Shown in pieces: positions 37,500-50,014 of a stretch of DNA of 64,000 bases; the stretch's first letter is position 1, and each line of letters starts with the position of its first letter. The notes under the pieces were generated by a model. The model saw only the letters and a program-made list of their open reading frames with translations. It was not told the origin of the DNA and ran no database searches. Both the position numbers and the translations under genes were made by a program. The DNA is from Octopus sinensis. Lineage: Eukaryota. Location: positions 27,032,001-27,096,000 of the forward strand of contig NC_042997.1 of the NCBI RefSeq assembly GCF_006345805.1, in the 5' to 3' direction.

Positions 37500-37684
37500 T
37501 CAATGCCTGGAATCGAACACGGATTCTTGAGGTTAGTAGCCCGCGCTCTTAACCACTATGCCATATGCTTGTGGCTAAATCAGCCGAAGCGTTGTTGACA
37601 ATAAACAAGATGAGGACAAATATCCGTCAAATGTAAATAATGTAAATAATGTACCTAATTCTTCATCTCTTAAATATAGAACTG
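37225..37684. mobile_element. Second, more decayed copy of the tRNA-head/hammerhead composite repeat
   Basis: - strand A box TGGCATAGTGG and B box GTTCGATTCC (37568-37495), triplet run, mutated hammerhead (37282-37327); + arm ends ctcttaaatatagaactg as at 31077. Confidence 0.75.
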
Positions 37685-37689
37685 TATGT

Positions 37690-37880
37690 ATTTGCGTGTC
37701 TGTTCGTCCCCCTACCATCGCGTGACAACAAATTTTGGTGTGTAACTTAGTGGTTCGGCAAGAGAGGCGGATAGAATAAGAACTAGGTTTACAAAGAATA
37801 GGTCCTGGGGTTGATATCTTCGACTAATAGCGATGCTCCAGCATAGCCGCAGTGAAATGGTTGAAACAACTGAAAGAATA
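37690..37880 (+). mobile_element. SINE family K, 3' part
   Basis: ccatcgcgtgacaac...gctccagcatagccgcagtgaaatg. Confidence 0.65.
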
Positions 37881-38186
37881 TATATAAAATATAGAATAAA
37901 AGAATATATATGTAATTCACTATCTCTGAAACTGATGCTTTTCAGTAATGCTAATCAGTCACCGAAGGTGAGGCTAGGCTCTCGCTTGTCAGTACTTATA
38001 TATTTTACCATAGGAATCAGTGGCTAGACGCAATTTAAAACCGAAAATGAAATAATTCACCGGCGCTAACATGTAGCCCAGGGTTCAGGGAGCACGGCAT
38101 TGCTAAAAATAAGTGTCAGAGACTCCTTAGACAAAGAAAACGCATCTTTTATTTAACTGACAGGAGAGACAACCTCCCCACCATAA

Positions 38187-38368
38187 GCGAGATGCATTAG
38201 ATTAGCATTTTAATTTCGCATGGAAATTGATGCATTTACGGCTTGAATTCAGCTTCTGATCTCGCAATTAATAGGCGTGAGTTCGGCTTCACCTTCGCAA
38301 TGGAGTACGCATAACTGAAGTGCATTAATTTCTATGCGAAATTAACATGGTAATCTAATGCACTTCGC
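38187..38368. repeat. Inverted repeat with 51-bp arms and 80-bp loop
   Basis: 38187-38237 versus reverse complement of 38318-38368: 44/51 identical by manual alignment. Confidence 0.85.
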
Positions 38369-39194
38369 CTGCGGTGCACCGATTGCCAGATATTCTTTCT
38401 TCATGAATCTTCACAATAAAAAAGCGGTTAATTTCTCTGTGTGCAAAGATAAAACACAAAATATGGTAAAATTCTTAATCACGATTTGTGAAAGATTATA
38501 TAAGTTCTCGTGTCTTTGAGTATCGCCTAATTTTATTTCATTCTCTTGATTTTAATCCCTTCAGAAACCCCTATCTATTAATTTGAGTCTCTTGAGATTC
38601 AAATTCACTATATTAATATGCAAAGACAAACACCCACAACCACACCCACACACACACACTCACTCAGATGGACACATTCCTACCGATAAACAACAAACAC
38701 ACACAGACACACGTGCACACACACACGCACATTCACATACACTCACAAGGCAGAGGCAGGGCTGTGCAATTAAGAAGTCAGTTCAAAACCCAATGATTTC
38801 AGGTTCAGATCCAGTGTGAGATAGCTTGAAGAAAGTGTCCCTTAATTGAGCATCGGACCGACAAATGCGCTGTGGTCAATTTTTTGTGTAAAAATCCGTT
38901 TGTATGAGCATCACTTTTTGTTGATTAATGTAATCTTAAGTTTCACCAAACGTGACCAGTATGATAATAATTATTCTACTGGTAACCATTGCTGAACCTT
39001 TAATTATTTAAAGACTTTAAAGTAAACCATGTCTGGGTTGAATTAATCAACAAAGCAATCTAAAGCGGTGCTCCAGCATGGCTGCACTCCAATAAATAAT
39101 AAGCAAAAAACTAAACTAATGTGTCTGTCTGTATATCTAGCAATCTATTTATCTCTATAAATATCCACCTATATACCGCTCTCCTCCATTCTCC

Positions 39195-39233
<39 letters not shown>

Positions 39234-39369
39234 TATAACCGTGAAAAATAACAAGATAAAAGTTTTTATTTTTCATTCCCTTCGAAAATTGCTCTTAAAT
39301 TTTGACTGCTTTTTCTAGCGTGTAAAATTGCCTATTAAAGGTAGTTTTCACTAGTGTTTAATGTACACT

Positions 39370-39577
<208 letters not shown>

Positions 39578-39659
39578 CAGGCAGTATATGACTAATTGCT
39601 TCAATATAACCACCACATATTCCACAGTGCCTATTTTTATCCACTTCTGTTTTGATTAG

Positions 39660-40975
39660 GGTTATAATTTATTGCCATTTTTAGGGACTTGTTTCCTATA
39701 TTCATCATGCGCTGATGATATTTTGTAGTACATTTTTACAGCAGTTTCTTTTAATTTATCATTCTTTTAATTAATGCGTGCTGGTCTGTTGTATATTTTT
39801 GTTAGCTTCCTTGAAGACAGGAAACAGTTATTTTCTTATTTTTATGCTACTGTTTTGTATTATTTTTCCTGTATTCTTTACTAAATATATTTATAGTCCT
39901 CTTCAGTATAGTTTACATAAATTGTCTAGAATTTTCTTTCCTCCCTCTAACCGTGGTTAATATATTCTTTCTCTCTCGGAATCTGAGGTGTTTTCTAAAT
40001 ATAATCTTTATTTTTCTTGTTTCTTCACACTAGCGCTATTAATTTACTTACTGTTTAACTGAGAATATTCTAATTATAATATATTTCTGGGACAGCTAGA
40101 CTAGTGGAGACTATTACCTTAGACCTGCTTTAAATATTAATCTCATGTGTCGATGCAGTTCTTTTCTAACATTGTATTTCATTTGTGTGTGTTGCACTCC
40201 GTCTCGTTCATGAATATTCTTAGAATTTATAAGTCTGTGTTTGATCTAATTATTTCATCTCTTTTTCTTTATCTAACGAGACAATAGTGTTTTTGATTTC
40301 GCGCATTCAAAAAGTTGCTTCGGTTCAGTTTTACTATTGTCAACCTTGTCATCTATTTTTCCTATTAATTCCTCTAATAATCTGTGTAATGTTTCTAACT
40401 GTCTGTTCCTGGTACAAATTAGAGTCATCCATTTACAAAATATGGTTCATTGTTCTTCAATTTCTTACATTCCCTTTTTATTCATATTTTGTTCAATTGT
40501 TTTTATTCAGCTTCTGTATGAATTTCTTTCTTTTGTTTTGCTTATTATAATGGTTCCTTTGCATGTGCTTCGATTTAATATTTCATTTTTCTTTCTAGAT
40601 TTAACGTATTTATTTTCTATTTTCTCGGTTCTCTATATATTTGTTTTGTATTTCATATTTTATTGTTCTGTTTGCAGGTTTATTAAAACAAATCAACAAC
40701 AAACACCATTCATACTTCTCATTTTTGCTGTAATTTTTCCTCCGCCAGGAACATGCTATCTGTTTTTCCCTTTCTTCAGACATATCGCATATTGCACAAT
40801 ATTATCCTATCATACCTCTTTGTTTTTCCGAAGTAATGAGATATCATACGTGAAAGACTTCTTTACTTTTTCTATCAACACGACATACAACGCTGATTAT
40901 ATCAACACCTAATAACTACTGTTACATGTGAAGTATATAATAAAGTATATAATGCTTAGTGGTATTTTTCTTGTC
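39660..40975 (-). mobile_element. Heavily decayed R4-like element related to family A, with a large internal RT deletion
   Basis: Minus pieces NHIL*MDD, HERDGVQHTQMK, RIY*PRLEGG and LFPVFKEANK parallel HLLYMD, HELDKTQHTQMK, RLYIQRIEGG and LFSVFKEADK of the 50-54 kb copy. Confidence 0.65.
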
Positions 40976-40989
40976 ACTACGTTGCAAGT

Positions 40990-41125
40990 TCAAATTTCCC
41001 CGAGGTCGATTTGCCTTTCATCCTTTCGGGGTCGATAAATTAAGTACCGGTTGAACACTGGGGTCGATGTAATCGACTTATCCACTCCACCAAAGTTGTT
41101 GCCGTTGTGGGCAAAATTTGAGAAC
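40990..41125 (-). mobile_element. SINE family M fragment, alternative tail
   Basis: Contains ttcaaatttccccgaggtcgatttgcctttcatcctttcggggtcgataaattaagtacc and the alternative tail; the core text reads like + strand copies, so the strand call is uncertain. Confidence 0.5.
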
Positions 41126-41274
41126 ATTATTATTATTATTATTGTTATTATTATTGTTGTTGTTGTTGCTGTTGTTGTTGTTGTTGTTGTTGATGATGAT
41201 GATGATGTTGTTCTTGTCATCATCATCATCATCATAATTATTATTATTATTATTATTATTATTATACATATAAC

Positions 41275-41663
41275 AGATTAAACTGCTGGAAAAGAAAAGA
41301 ATCCTAGCATTTGGCTACAAGTTGATTTAGATGCCAAGAACCCTCCTATAGGGTTACAGCAAGTAACCTTAGATACTAAGACCCATCCTAAGTATTCTAG
41401 CTGTCCCTTATGACACTGTTTTCTGCAGCTGTACTAAACTGGGTTTTATGCCTACTTCCCTATTCAGAATTTTCGGGATAGTTCCCAATGCACCTATAAC
41501 TACCGGGATACATTTTACCCACACGTCTTATAGTCTCTGTAATTCAATAGCTAGGTCCTCGAGCTTTCCTATTTTTCTATACTTCACATATTAATTTTTT
41601 CATCATTTGGGACTGTAAAGTCAATTATCTGGCACTTTCTATACTCTTTTCTCCTCCTCCTGT

Positions 41664-41722
<59 letters not shown>

Positions 41723-41742
41723 TACTACTACTACTACTACTA

Positions 41743-41774
<32 letters not shown>

Positions 41775-41800
41775 TATTACTACTACTACTACTACTGCTG

Positions 41801-41836
<36 letters not shown>

Positions 41837-44012
41837 TCACCAAATCAGGCCTTGTAACTTCTATTATTATGTTAGTCTGAATGTTAAAATCCTGCAAAAT
41901 CTTGCATTTCATACTTTCTAGTAATTTACTAGGTTGATGTTCATGTTCAAATCCTAGCTTTCAACATAGCTCCCATTGGATTACTCTCCCGAGATTGTCA
42001 TATCTTTTCTTGTATTCTTCCTGTGCCAGCATGTTACATTCACTTACTATGAGTAACACTTACCTCTTTTGATTTGCAGAGTCTACATTGAGATTCTACT
42101 TGGTTTTGTCTATCTCAGTTTTTATCCAATTAGTCCTTAATGCTTGATCTTCTGTACTACTAACAAAGTTTATATCTCCCTCTTCAGTTTTCCTTTCTAG
42201 AGCGATAACCGTGTCTCACTACTACTATTTGCTGAAACTATCTTTGGGAATCTACCATGCAACGTCTTCTACTGTTAGTTAGATAATTTCTGGGGGGTTT
42301 TTTTCATGTTTTTAACTTCCTTTGATGTTTTGGTTTCCCTATGTCTTGCTGTTACTCTAGCAGCTTTTAGTAAACTTACTTCACTATTACCCACACGAGT
42401 CTATATCTACTCTAGCAAACTCCACGCAGTCTTCTACTGATATCAACCCTTTTTCTCCTTCCTTTCTAGATAGATGTAATCTTGCTACTCCTGCCCTTTG
42501 GTGGAGTCCTCCATTCATATTGAATCCCTTCCTAGTTCTTCGCTAGCTTTACTAATTTCAGCTTTTGCCCAATCTACAAAAGCTGCTGAGTATTTAAGTA
42601 GTGATATTGCCCAAGTATTTACAGCCTTCCCTACATTTGGACCATTTAGTTTTGACTCCATTAGCTTCCTTACACTTTTGACGTACTCTTCAATCTTCGT
42701 TTTCATATCTGTCGTTAGATTAAGGAATCTATCACTTTTTCATTCTTACTAAAAAGCTTCAGATCATCCATGTAGAGCAAATGGCTTTGCGTTCATTAAT
42801 ACTAAGTTGAGGGGGGATCAAACATAAGACAAATATTAAAGGGGACAATCAGTCCTCCTGGAAAACTTTTCCGTTGATATTAACTGAATAAAGATCTACT
42901 TTCCATTTCTCCATGCTAAAGCTAATTAATCCTCATATATTGTCTGCTATACTGAATATACTGAAAGTCACTTATCCAAGAGTGTGGGATCATGTCATAT
43001 GTTTTCCTATGATCTATCCGTGCTAATGTTAAATTTTTCTTTCTGGCTTTTACTTCATTTAGAACTGCTTTGTCTTTATCTAATAGATCATGTGTTCCTC
43101 TTGCCTTCTTCCTGTGACCTTTCTGCTCTTCTGGTAGTAAATTCTGGTTGTCAAGGTGCTCGCAAATGCTTTCTGAAAACATTTCTATTAACAGCTTTCA
43201 TACTAATGGTAAGCAAGTGATTGGTCTATAGTTGCTACCTGTATTATCCTTGATCTTATCCATCATAATGAATATTGTCCTCCCTCTAGTCATCCATCCA
43301 AACCGGTTTTATTCCTCCATTAAGGCAATCCAAAAGTTGTTCTCTCGGCCTCCAGTGTACCCTTGAAATATGTTTGGTCCTGGGTCCTTCCAACTCGGCA
43401 TTTTTCCTAACACTCTGCTCATTAAGGTACTAGTTAATCTTAGATCTGGCTGCTTCTCGCTCACTACTCCGTCTCTCACTTACTTTAAATAAACTCATCT
43501 TTGTTATGATTGACTGGTTTATCCCAAATATTATTCCAGAAATATTCCTCTGCGTGTTTCTCATCTTCAGTACTTCGTTCTCCATTATTTATTTAGTTAT
43601 AAAATCTTCTCTAGTCTGTCTCAATCAATGTAATTTGTTGATACTGATTTATTCTTTTCTGATATCTGGAGAGCTTACATGCAACTGCTATGATATGCTA
43701 TTTCAACTCTTTTATTAATGTCCCAAATCCTTTCTCTTTGATTAACTATCTTTCTTCGAGGCAAGATTTACATCTTGTTTTTCCTAACGTGTTTGTTTTC
43801 CAGGAATCTTTTCTACTCAAATCTTGTCTTCTGTCAGGTATCGGCCTTCTATGGCACATGCTGTGAGTTTTCTTCATTTTGTTTAGGTATTTACGGTATG
43901 AGTTTATTCTTGTATGTTTCCGGATGGATGCAGCTTAGATGTGTGTGTGTGGATGTGTGTTTATATTTATCCGTCGGCCTTTCTGTTGCTTCGTTTTGTA
44001 ATGCGATCTGTT
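41275..44012 (-). mobile_element. Decayed R4-clade RLE retrotransposon (family C) between (TAA)n arrays
   Basis: LPEEQKG, IDHRKTYDMIPHSW, HLLYMDDLKL, KLNGPNVGKAVNTWA, RPDLVIV, PVVIGALGTIP; TAA runs at both ends. Confidence 0.85.
41664..41836. repeat. (TAC)n microsatellite inside the RLE PD motif of family C
   Basis: Minus strand ggcctgatttggtgata(gta)n. Confidence 0.9.
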
Positions 44013-44013
44013 A

Positions 44014-44063
<50 letters not shown>

Positions 44064-44064
<1 letters not shown>

Positions 44065-44619
44065 GAGTGAGAGAGCAGTGCATGCCATCAAAGTGACACT
44101 GGGGTAAAATATACGAAGCCCAATATACCCATCATGACTACACGTCTGATAAGGGTACACCAGGCACATGCATCACAACCATATGTGCGCGACATGGTGA
44201 TCTCATATCAAGATAAACAGCACATGACCTTGCAGGTGGGGCCCAGTTAGAATTTTCTTCAGGTTGAGTAGCCCATCCCGCTCAAAAGGTCCCTGAATAA
44301 GGGTTGTTTAAGGATGTTGAAAGAACCACCCATGTTTTTCCAGAGGTGAATTATTCAAACCCCAAAGAATCCCTCTCAACACATGGCTATGATGCTCCCC
44401 ACTACTTCTGCTCGTGATCAGAGATGCGCATATCGTCAGCCACTAAGGGACATGCTCAACTGGTTAAGGTCAAACAACTGAAAAGCAAATCTGTGGTATT
44501 GAGCAGAATATTTGCTGTAGCTCATCTTTTATACCAAGACAAAACAGTGTACATTATAACACTTCCAATCAGTTAAGATCAGAAGCCATGAGAGCCACTG
44601 CCTGGTCCTGCATCAGGGC

Positions 44620-44621
<2 letters not shown>
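44064..44621 (-). mobile_element. ~560-bp noncoding element, best-preserved copy, with (TAA)n on both sides
   Basis: Starts ATGCCCTGATGCAGGACCAGGCAGTGGCTCTCATGG and ends GCACTGCTCTCTCACTC(AAT)n. Confidence 0.85.
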
Positions 44622-44660
<39 letters not shown>

Positions 44661-44726
44661 TATTATTATTATATTATTATTATTTTTATTTTTATTATTA
44701 TTTTTATTATTAGTATTATTATTATG

Positions 44727-44774
<48 letters not shown>

Positions 44775-44802
44775 GTTATTGTTGTTGTTGTTGTTGTTGT
44801 TA

Positions 44803-45784
44803 TTCAGTAGTTTTATTTTTATAACGTACTTTCGCTTCACTACCGAGCGCAACGCTGTGTGCTTTGGGTATGTGGTGTGGTTTGCTGTGATGCTCTGATG
44901 GCTACTGTATTGAAAGTGTTTTGCGTAGGATGTGTGCAGTGTCCAGTAGCGCAATTTTCTGTATGTTATATATATTTGTAAGTCCTGGTGTTTTTGTTAT
45001 GTATTTGTCTGAATATTTTTTCATCATGCCTAATGCGCCTATTATGATAGGAATTATTTCTGTTTTTAGATTCCACATTCGAGTTACCTCTATTTCCAGA
45101 TCTTTGTATTTTGAAAGTTTCTTCATTTCTTTTAGAGAAACTTCGTCATCTGCTGGTATTGCTACATCAATTAGAAAACATTGTTTGCTCATGACATCTG
45201 ACAACTATATCTGGCATATTGGCCTTAATATTTCTATTCGTGTGTATTGGCACATCTCAGAGTATCGTTGCTTTCTCGTTTTCTGTAACCTTTTCTGGCG
45301 TGTGTTTATACCATCTTTTTCTGTTGTTATTTCATAGTGTTGCCATAGCTTCCCATGTAAGTAGGTCCCAACTCTGTCGTGTCTGTGAATATATTCCCTC
45401 TTAGCCAGGATTGGGCATCCGGAGATGATACGATTTACTGTCTCTTGTCCATCTCCACATATTCTGCAGTTACGTGCTTTGTTTCTTTCATTATATGTTT
45501 TTGGTAATTTCTGGTGGGGAGGCTTTGTTCTTGTGCTGCAATTGAAAATCCCTCTGTCTCTGCTTTGAGTCCTGCGCTTCTCAACCATTGCTGGGGTTTT
45601 TCTCTGTCTATTTCTTTTGCATCTATTTTAGCCCAGTATTTGCATGAAGGGGCTTTTCTAGCCATTGTTTTATCATGGTCCGTCGCTGTTCTAGTTTTAA
45701 TTTGGATTTCATTTGCTTTATAGCTTTTGTTGTTTCTTCTTCTTCTTCTTCTTCTTCTTCTTCTTCTTCTTCTTCTTCTTCTTC

Positions 45785-45827
<43 letters not shown>

Positions 45828-46625
45828 CATCATCATCATCATCTTCTTCTTCTTCTTCTTCTTCTTCATCATCATCATCAGCTTCAGCATCATCATCATC
45901 ATCATCATCATCATCCTCATCACCATCATCATTATCATCATTATCATCATCATCATCATCATCATCTTCTTCTTCTTCTTCTTCTTCATCATCATCATCA
46001 TCATCATATTTGTTAGGTAGTATGACTTCTTGTTTGTATTTTTCCGCTTCCTTAAATACTGAAAATGTTTTTTTTCGTTTTGCTCGTGTTTTGTGGCTAT
46101 TTGTATCAGTTTTCCTTGCTTCTGAAGTAGATATTTTTGCAGTCCTACGGTGGTTATTTTATAATAGTTTTCTAGCTGTATAAGGTCCCTACCACCTACC
46201 ATATGTTATATATATAGCCTTTCTATGTCAGATTTTGTGTGGGGCATCCTAGATCCTGTCATTATTTTTCTTGCCTTCCTGTCTATTTTGGTTAGTCCAT
46301 TTAGTGTCCAGTTAAGGATATTGCAGCTGTAACTTATAACTGGGACGGTTCGAGTGTTAATACATATTATCTTGTCTTTAGCATTGAGTTCTATCTTCAG
46401 TATTGATCTAACTCGTCTATAGTATTCTTTATTTTCTCTTTCATTTGTGTGTGTTGTATTGTATCTAGTTCATTGATCCCTAAATATTTGTATGTCTGGA
46501 TTTGATTTAATTCTCATATTTCATTTGCTTTATCTAGTGTGATGTTGCTACTCTTAACTAGTTTTCCTCTTTTCAAGGTTGCTTTGGCACATTATTCTAA
46601 ACCAAATTTCATATCTATTTCTATG
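44803..46625 (-). mobile_element. 5'-truncated R4/Dong-like family A copy
   Basis: Colinear with ~52600-54180; GRDLIQLENYYKITT, AETEGFSIAAQEQSL, CRICGDGQET, FLIDVAIPADD, 3' UTR and TAA/CAA tail. Confidence 0.93.
45735..46006. repeat. (TTC)n/(TCA)n expansion inside the family A coding region
   Basis: Homologous position in the full copy is the 24-bp EEEEDDEE tract at 53221-53244. Confidence 0.9.
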
Positions 46626-46739
46626 CTTTTGATTCAGCCGACCTCGAAAAATATATATTACCATTCAAATACTGAAGTAAATATAATATTCTAATTAATC
46701 TTTCAAAATCAGTGGCATTTGCTTGAATTAAAAAAACAA

Positions 46740-47760
46740 TTATTCTTATTTTCAGGACGGTGAGCAGGTGTAGTTTCTTTTCAAAGATTTGACTTATCAT
46801 CGCAGTTTCATTTCTTACAGAGAGCTGCAGGTTCGGATCAAGAAATGACCGAGACTGGGTGTTGAGCACTTGTAATAACTTTAGGATTTCGATGCCTCCA
46901 GCCAGTCAGATATTGCAGTAGCAATAAATCAATAGAGAGTGAAGTGTATAATCAATGATGTTCTCGAGAAAATGATAAGCGCCAACGAGAATAAAATAGG
47001 AGGTCTCTTCTGAATAATGACTGGATATTGTTAGCCTAGTACTAATAACCATGACTTCTAATGCTTTCAAATTAAGTCTACAGGCAGACAACTTGCTAGG
47101 CAGGACTGTTTGAGATGCACACAAAGCGACGAATCCATACTGCATGCAATCACACTCTATTCGATTACAGCTGATATGTGAATTTATGCTAAAAGCGATT
47201 GTCGTCTGAAAGACGAATACTTGAGGATCGCCTCACGAACCACCTTAAATAAAACTGGCAGATGGTGTTTTTCAGTGTAGTGTGAGGCCTGAGAGAGTGA
47301 AAAGAGTGAAGACAGATACCCTTGGTCGTGCCATCGTTGACGTTTTAGTTTTACTTGATTATATATATGTGAGTGAAGAGGGAGGTGATTTCTTTCAGTG
47401 AATTTGTTAAAAGGGGTGTGACTATGTAAAAAATGGTTTGTGTAAAAGAAACTGTCTAAAAGCGCAGGACTGTACATTAAATAACACTTGGGGATAAGCT
47501 TGTGGCCCTTGGTGTCCAGGATCATCCTGGATGTATGGTGTCCTTTAACTGTATGGTGTCCTTTAATTGAACGTTCTCTTGGGAAAGAAGGATTGCATTA
47601 TCCATATGCTCACATATTTTTTCATGCTTATAAATCTTACTTCATTCTCTCTTCCACCTTTCTTCCTCTCATCTTTTTATGTTCATTCTCACACAAACAG
47701 TACATGTTATTACAATATACCCCGTTTCTGATAGCTCAGTGACAAATGAGGCTGTTGTTG
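46740..47760 (+). mobile_element. Decayed 3' part of an L1/Tx1-like LINE
   Basis: CLRCTQSDESILHAI zinc-knuckle-like motif near 47107-47150, followed by a pyrimidine-rich 3' region and a (TGT)n-like end. Confidence 0.5.
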
Positions 47761-47888
47761 TTGTTCTGAACCATTAATATCTCTGCCATTGTGGCTGTAA
47801 TATTCTGCCAATATTCCCAATAAACTTGGGAACATTAGCAGAAATGTGAGTTACGGATGCAGATTGGAACATTGAACATGTTTTCATA

Positions 47889-49173
47889 CGAGGGACGTTC
47901 AATAAGTAATGCCTCTGACGCACTTGCAGTTGTTTGATCTAGCTGAAATTTTGCATGTGCATATCTCTATGGAGTAAGTGGCAAATTACAGCTCTGAGCA
48001 TATTGTGGTTTCTGATTTACAGGTGTTTGAACTGAGTCAAGTGTGAAATGGAGCCTGTTGAGTGTCGAGCAGTGATCCGGTTTTTGTATTTGAAAGGACG
48101 CACACCACGGGAGACTTTTGATGAAATGAAAGTAACTTATGGTGATGATGCTCCATCATATGACCTTGTAAAACGCTGGCATCGTGAATTCAAACATGGT
48201 CCGAACTCTGTGGAAACAGCTCCCAGATCTGGTCGCCCCCTTCTGCCATTGATGAGGCATCTGTCCGTCAAGTTGAGGCTGCCATTTTGGAAGATCAACG
48301 CATAATTATTCACCAAATAGCCCATGAGGTCAAGATTAGTACCGGGTCTGTGGACACTATCATTCATGACCATTTGCATATGCAAAAGGTGTCTGCCAGA
48401 TGGATTCCCAGGTTGCTCACGCCTTTCCAGAAGCAAGAACGCGTCGAGTGCTCGAGGGTGAATTTGGAGATGTGCCAAGAAGATGAGTCAACATGTTTCA
48501 AAAGACTGATTACACAGGATGAAACCTGGGTCCATCACTATGATCCAGAGACCAAAGCCTAGTCAATGCAGTGGAAGCACCGTGACTCACCCCCTCCAAA
48601 GAAGGCAAGGGTGCAGCCCTCCGCTGGGAAGGTCATGCTCAAAGTCTTCTGGGACCAGGACGGAGTAGTGATGACAGATTTCCTGGCAAAGGGTACCACA
48701 ATTGCAGGAGCCTATTATGCTTCACTTTTGAGGAAATTAAGAGAAGTTATCAAAATCAAGAGGCGAAGCAAGATCAGCAAAGGCATCCTCCTCCTGCAGG
48801 ACAACGCTCCGGTCCACAACTCGCTTGTCGCCAGATCAGAAGCACAGGCGTATGGCTATGAACTCCTCCCCATCCCCCCCCTACTTTCCTGACCTTGCAC
48901 CCTCTGATTTTCACCTCTTCCCAATCATGAAGTTGTTTTTGAAAGGAAAGCGTTTCCCAGATGATGCAGCCTTGGTTTCTGTAGTCACGTTAAGGTTGGA
49001 GGACCAAGCTGGGTTCTTCTACAAAAACGGTCTCCAGAGCCGCATCAAACGATGGGAGAAATGCGTAACTCTGGGTGGTTCCTATGTAGAAAAAGACCAA
49101 TAACTGTGCCAAGTTTCGTTGCTCTACTGCTGTGGGAAGTGGGTCAGGGGCATTACTTATTGAACGCACCTCG
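47889..49173 (+). mobile_element. Full-length (1285 bp) mariner, DD34D, inactive
   Basis: TA flanks at 47887-88 and 49174-75; TIRs cgagggacgttcaataagtaatgcc and cgaggtgcgttcaataagtaatgcc; transposase 48048-49103 with WIPRLL, TQDETW, QDNAPVH and YFPDLAPSD; two frameshifts and one stop. Confidence 0.95.
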
Positions 49174-49463
49174 TAGATATGTCATTTGAATTTGAAAGAA
49201 AGACCAAAGATGGGATTGAAGAAATATTTCTCAGAAACAGTAAAATAAATGACCGTTCTATGTTTTAAAATGCTGCATGGAGATTTATATTGCCGGAAGT
49301 CAAGAAGTGCAATGATTGATACGACTTTGATCAAATCAAAATGGTTATTATCTGATTGCGTGAATACTGCATGGCAGCACTGAAAAGTCCTGTATTGTTT
49401 AATACCTCAAGCCCACGGCTAATGAATGTGAAATTCTGTAGCAAACATACGCAAATAATAATA

Positions 49464-49922
49464 GGGCTATAGCAAATATTGTACACAATGCCACAGATTT
49501 GCTTGTCAGTTTCTTGACCCTAAGCAGTTGAGCGTATCCCTTAGTAGGTGATGACATGTGCATCTCTGATCAAAAGCAGAAATAGTGGGGGAGCATCATA
49601 GCTATGCGTTGAGAGAAATTATTTGGGGTTTGGATAACTCACTTCTGAAAACATGGGTGTTTTGTGCAACATCTTTAAACAACTTTTATTCGGAGACCTT
49701 TTAAGCGGGATGGGCTACTCAAGCGGCAGAACATTCTATCTGAGCCCCACCTGCAAGGTCATGCGCTTTTAATCTTGGTATGAGATCCTCATGTCGCGCA
49801 CATATGGTTGTGAAGCATGTGCCTTGCGTACCCTTATCAGACGGGTAGTCATGATGGGTATGCTGGGCTTCGTATATTTTACCCCAGTGTTAATTTGATG
49901 GCATGCACTGCTATCACATGCA
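49464..49922 (+). mobile_element. ~560-bp element, 5'-truncated copy whose (AAT)n tail abuts the full R4-like element
   Basis: Matches the 44064-44621 copy. Confidence 0.8.
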
Positions 49923-49935
49923 ATAATAATAATAA

Positions 49936-49984
<49 letters not shown>

Positions 49985-50014
49985 TTATTGATAATAATAA
50001 TAATAATAATAATA

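Noticed and set aside
40287-40912. 191-aa hydrophobic ORF that looks like a membrane protein
   Set aside because: Antisense of an A-rich decayed R4-like ORF; T-richness produces F/L/I bias.
45675-46202. Poly-His, poly-Ser and poly-Met ORFs
   Set aside because: Frames of the expanded triplet tract.
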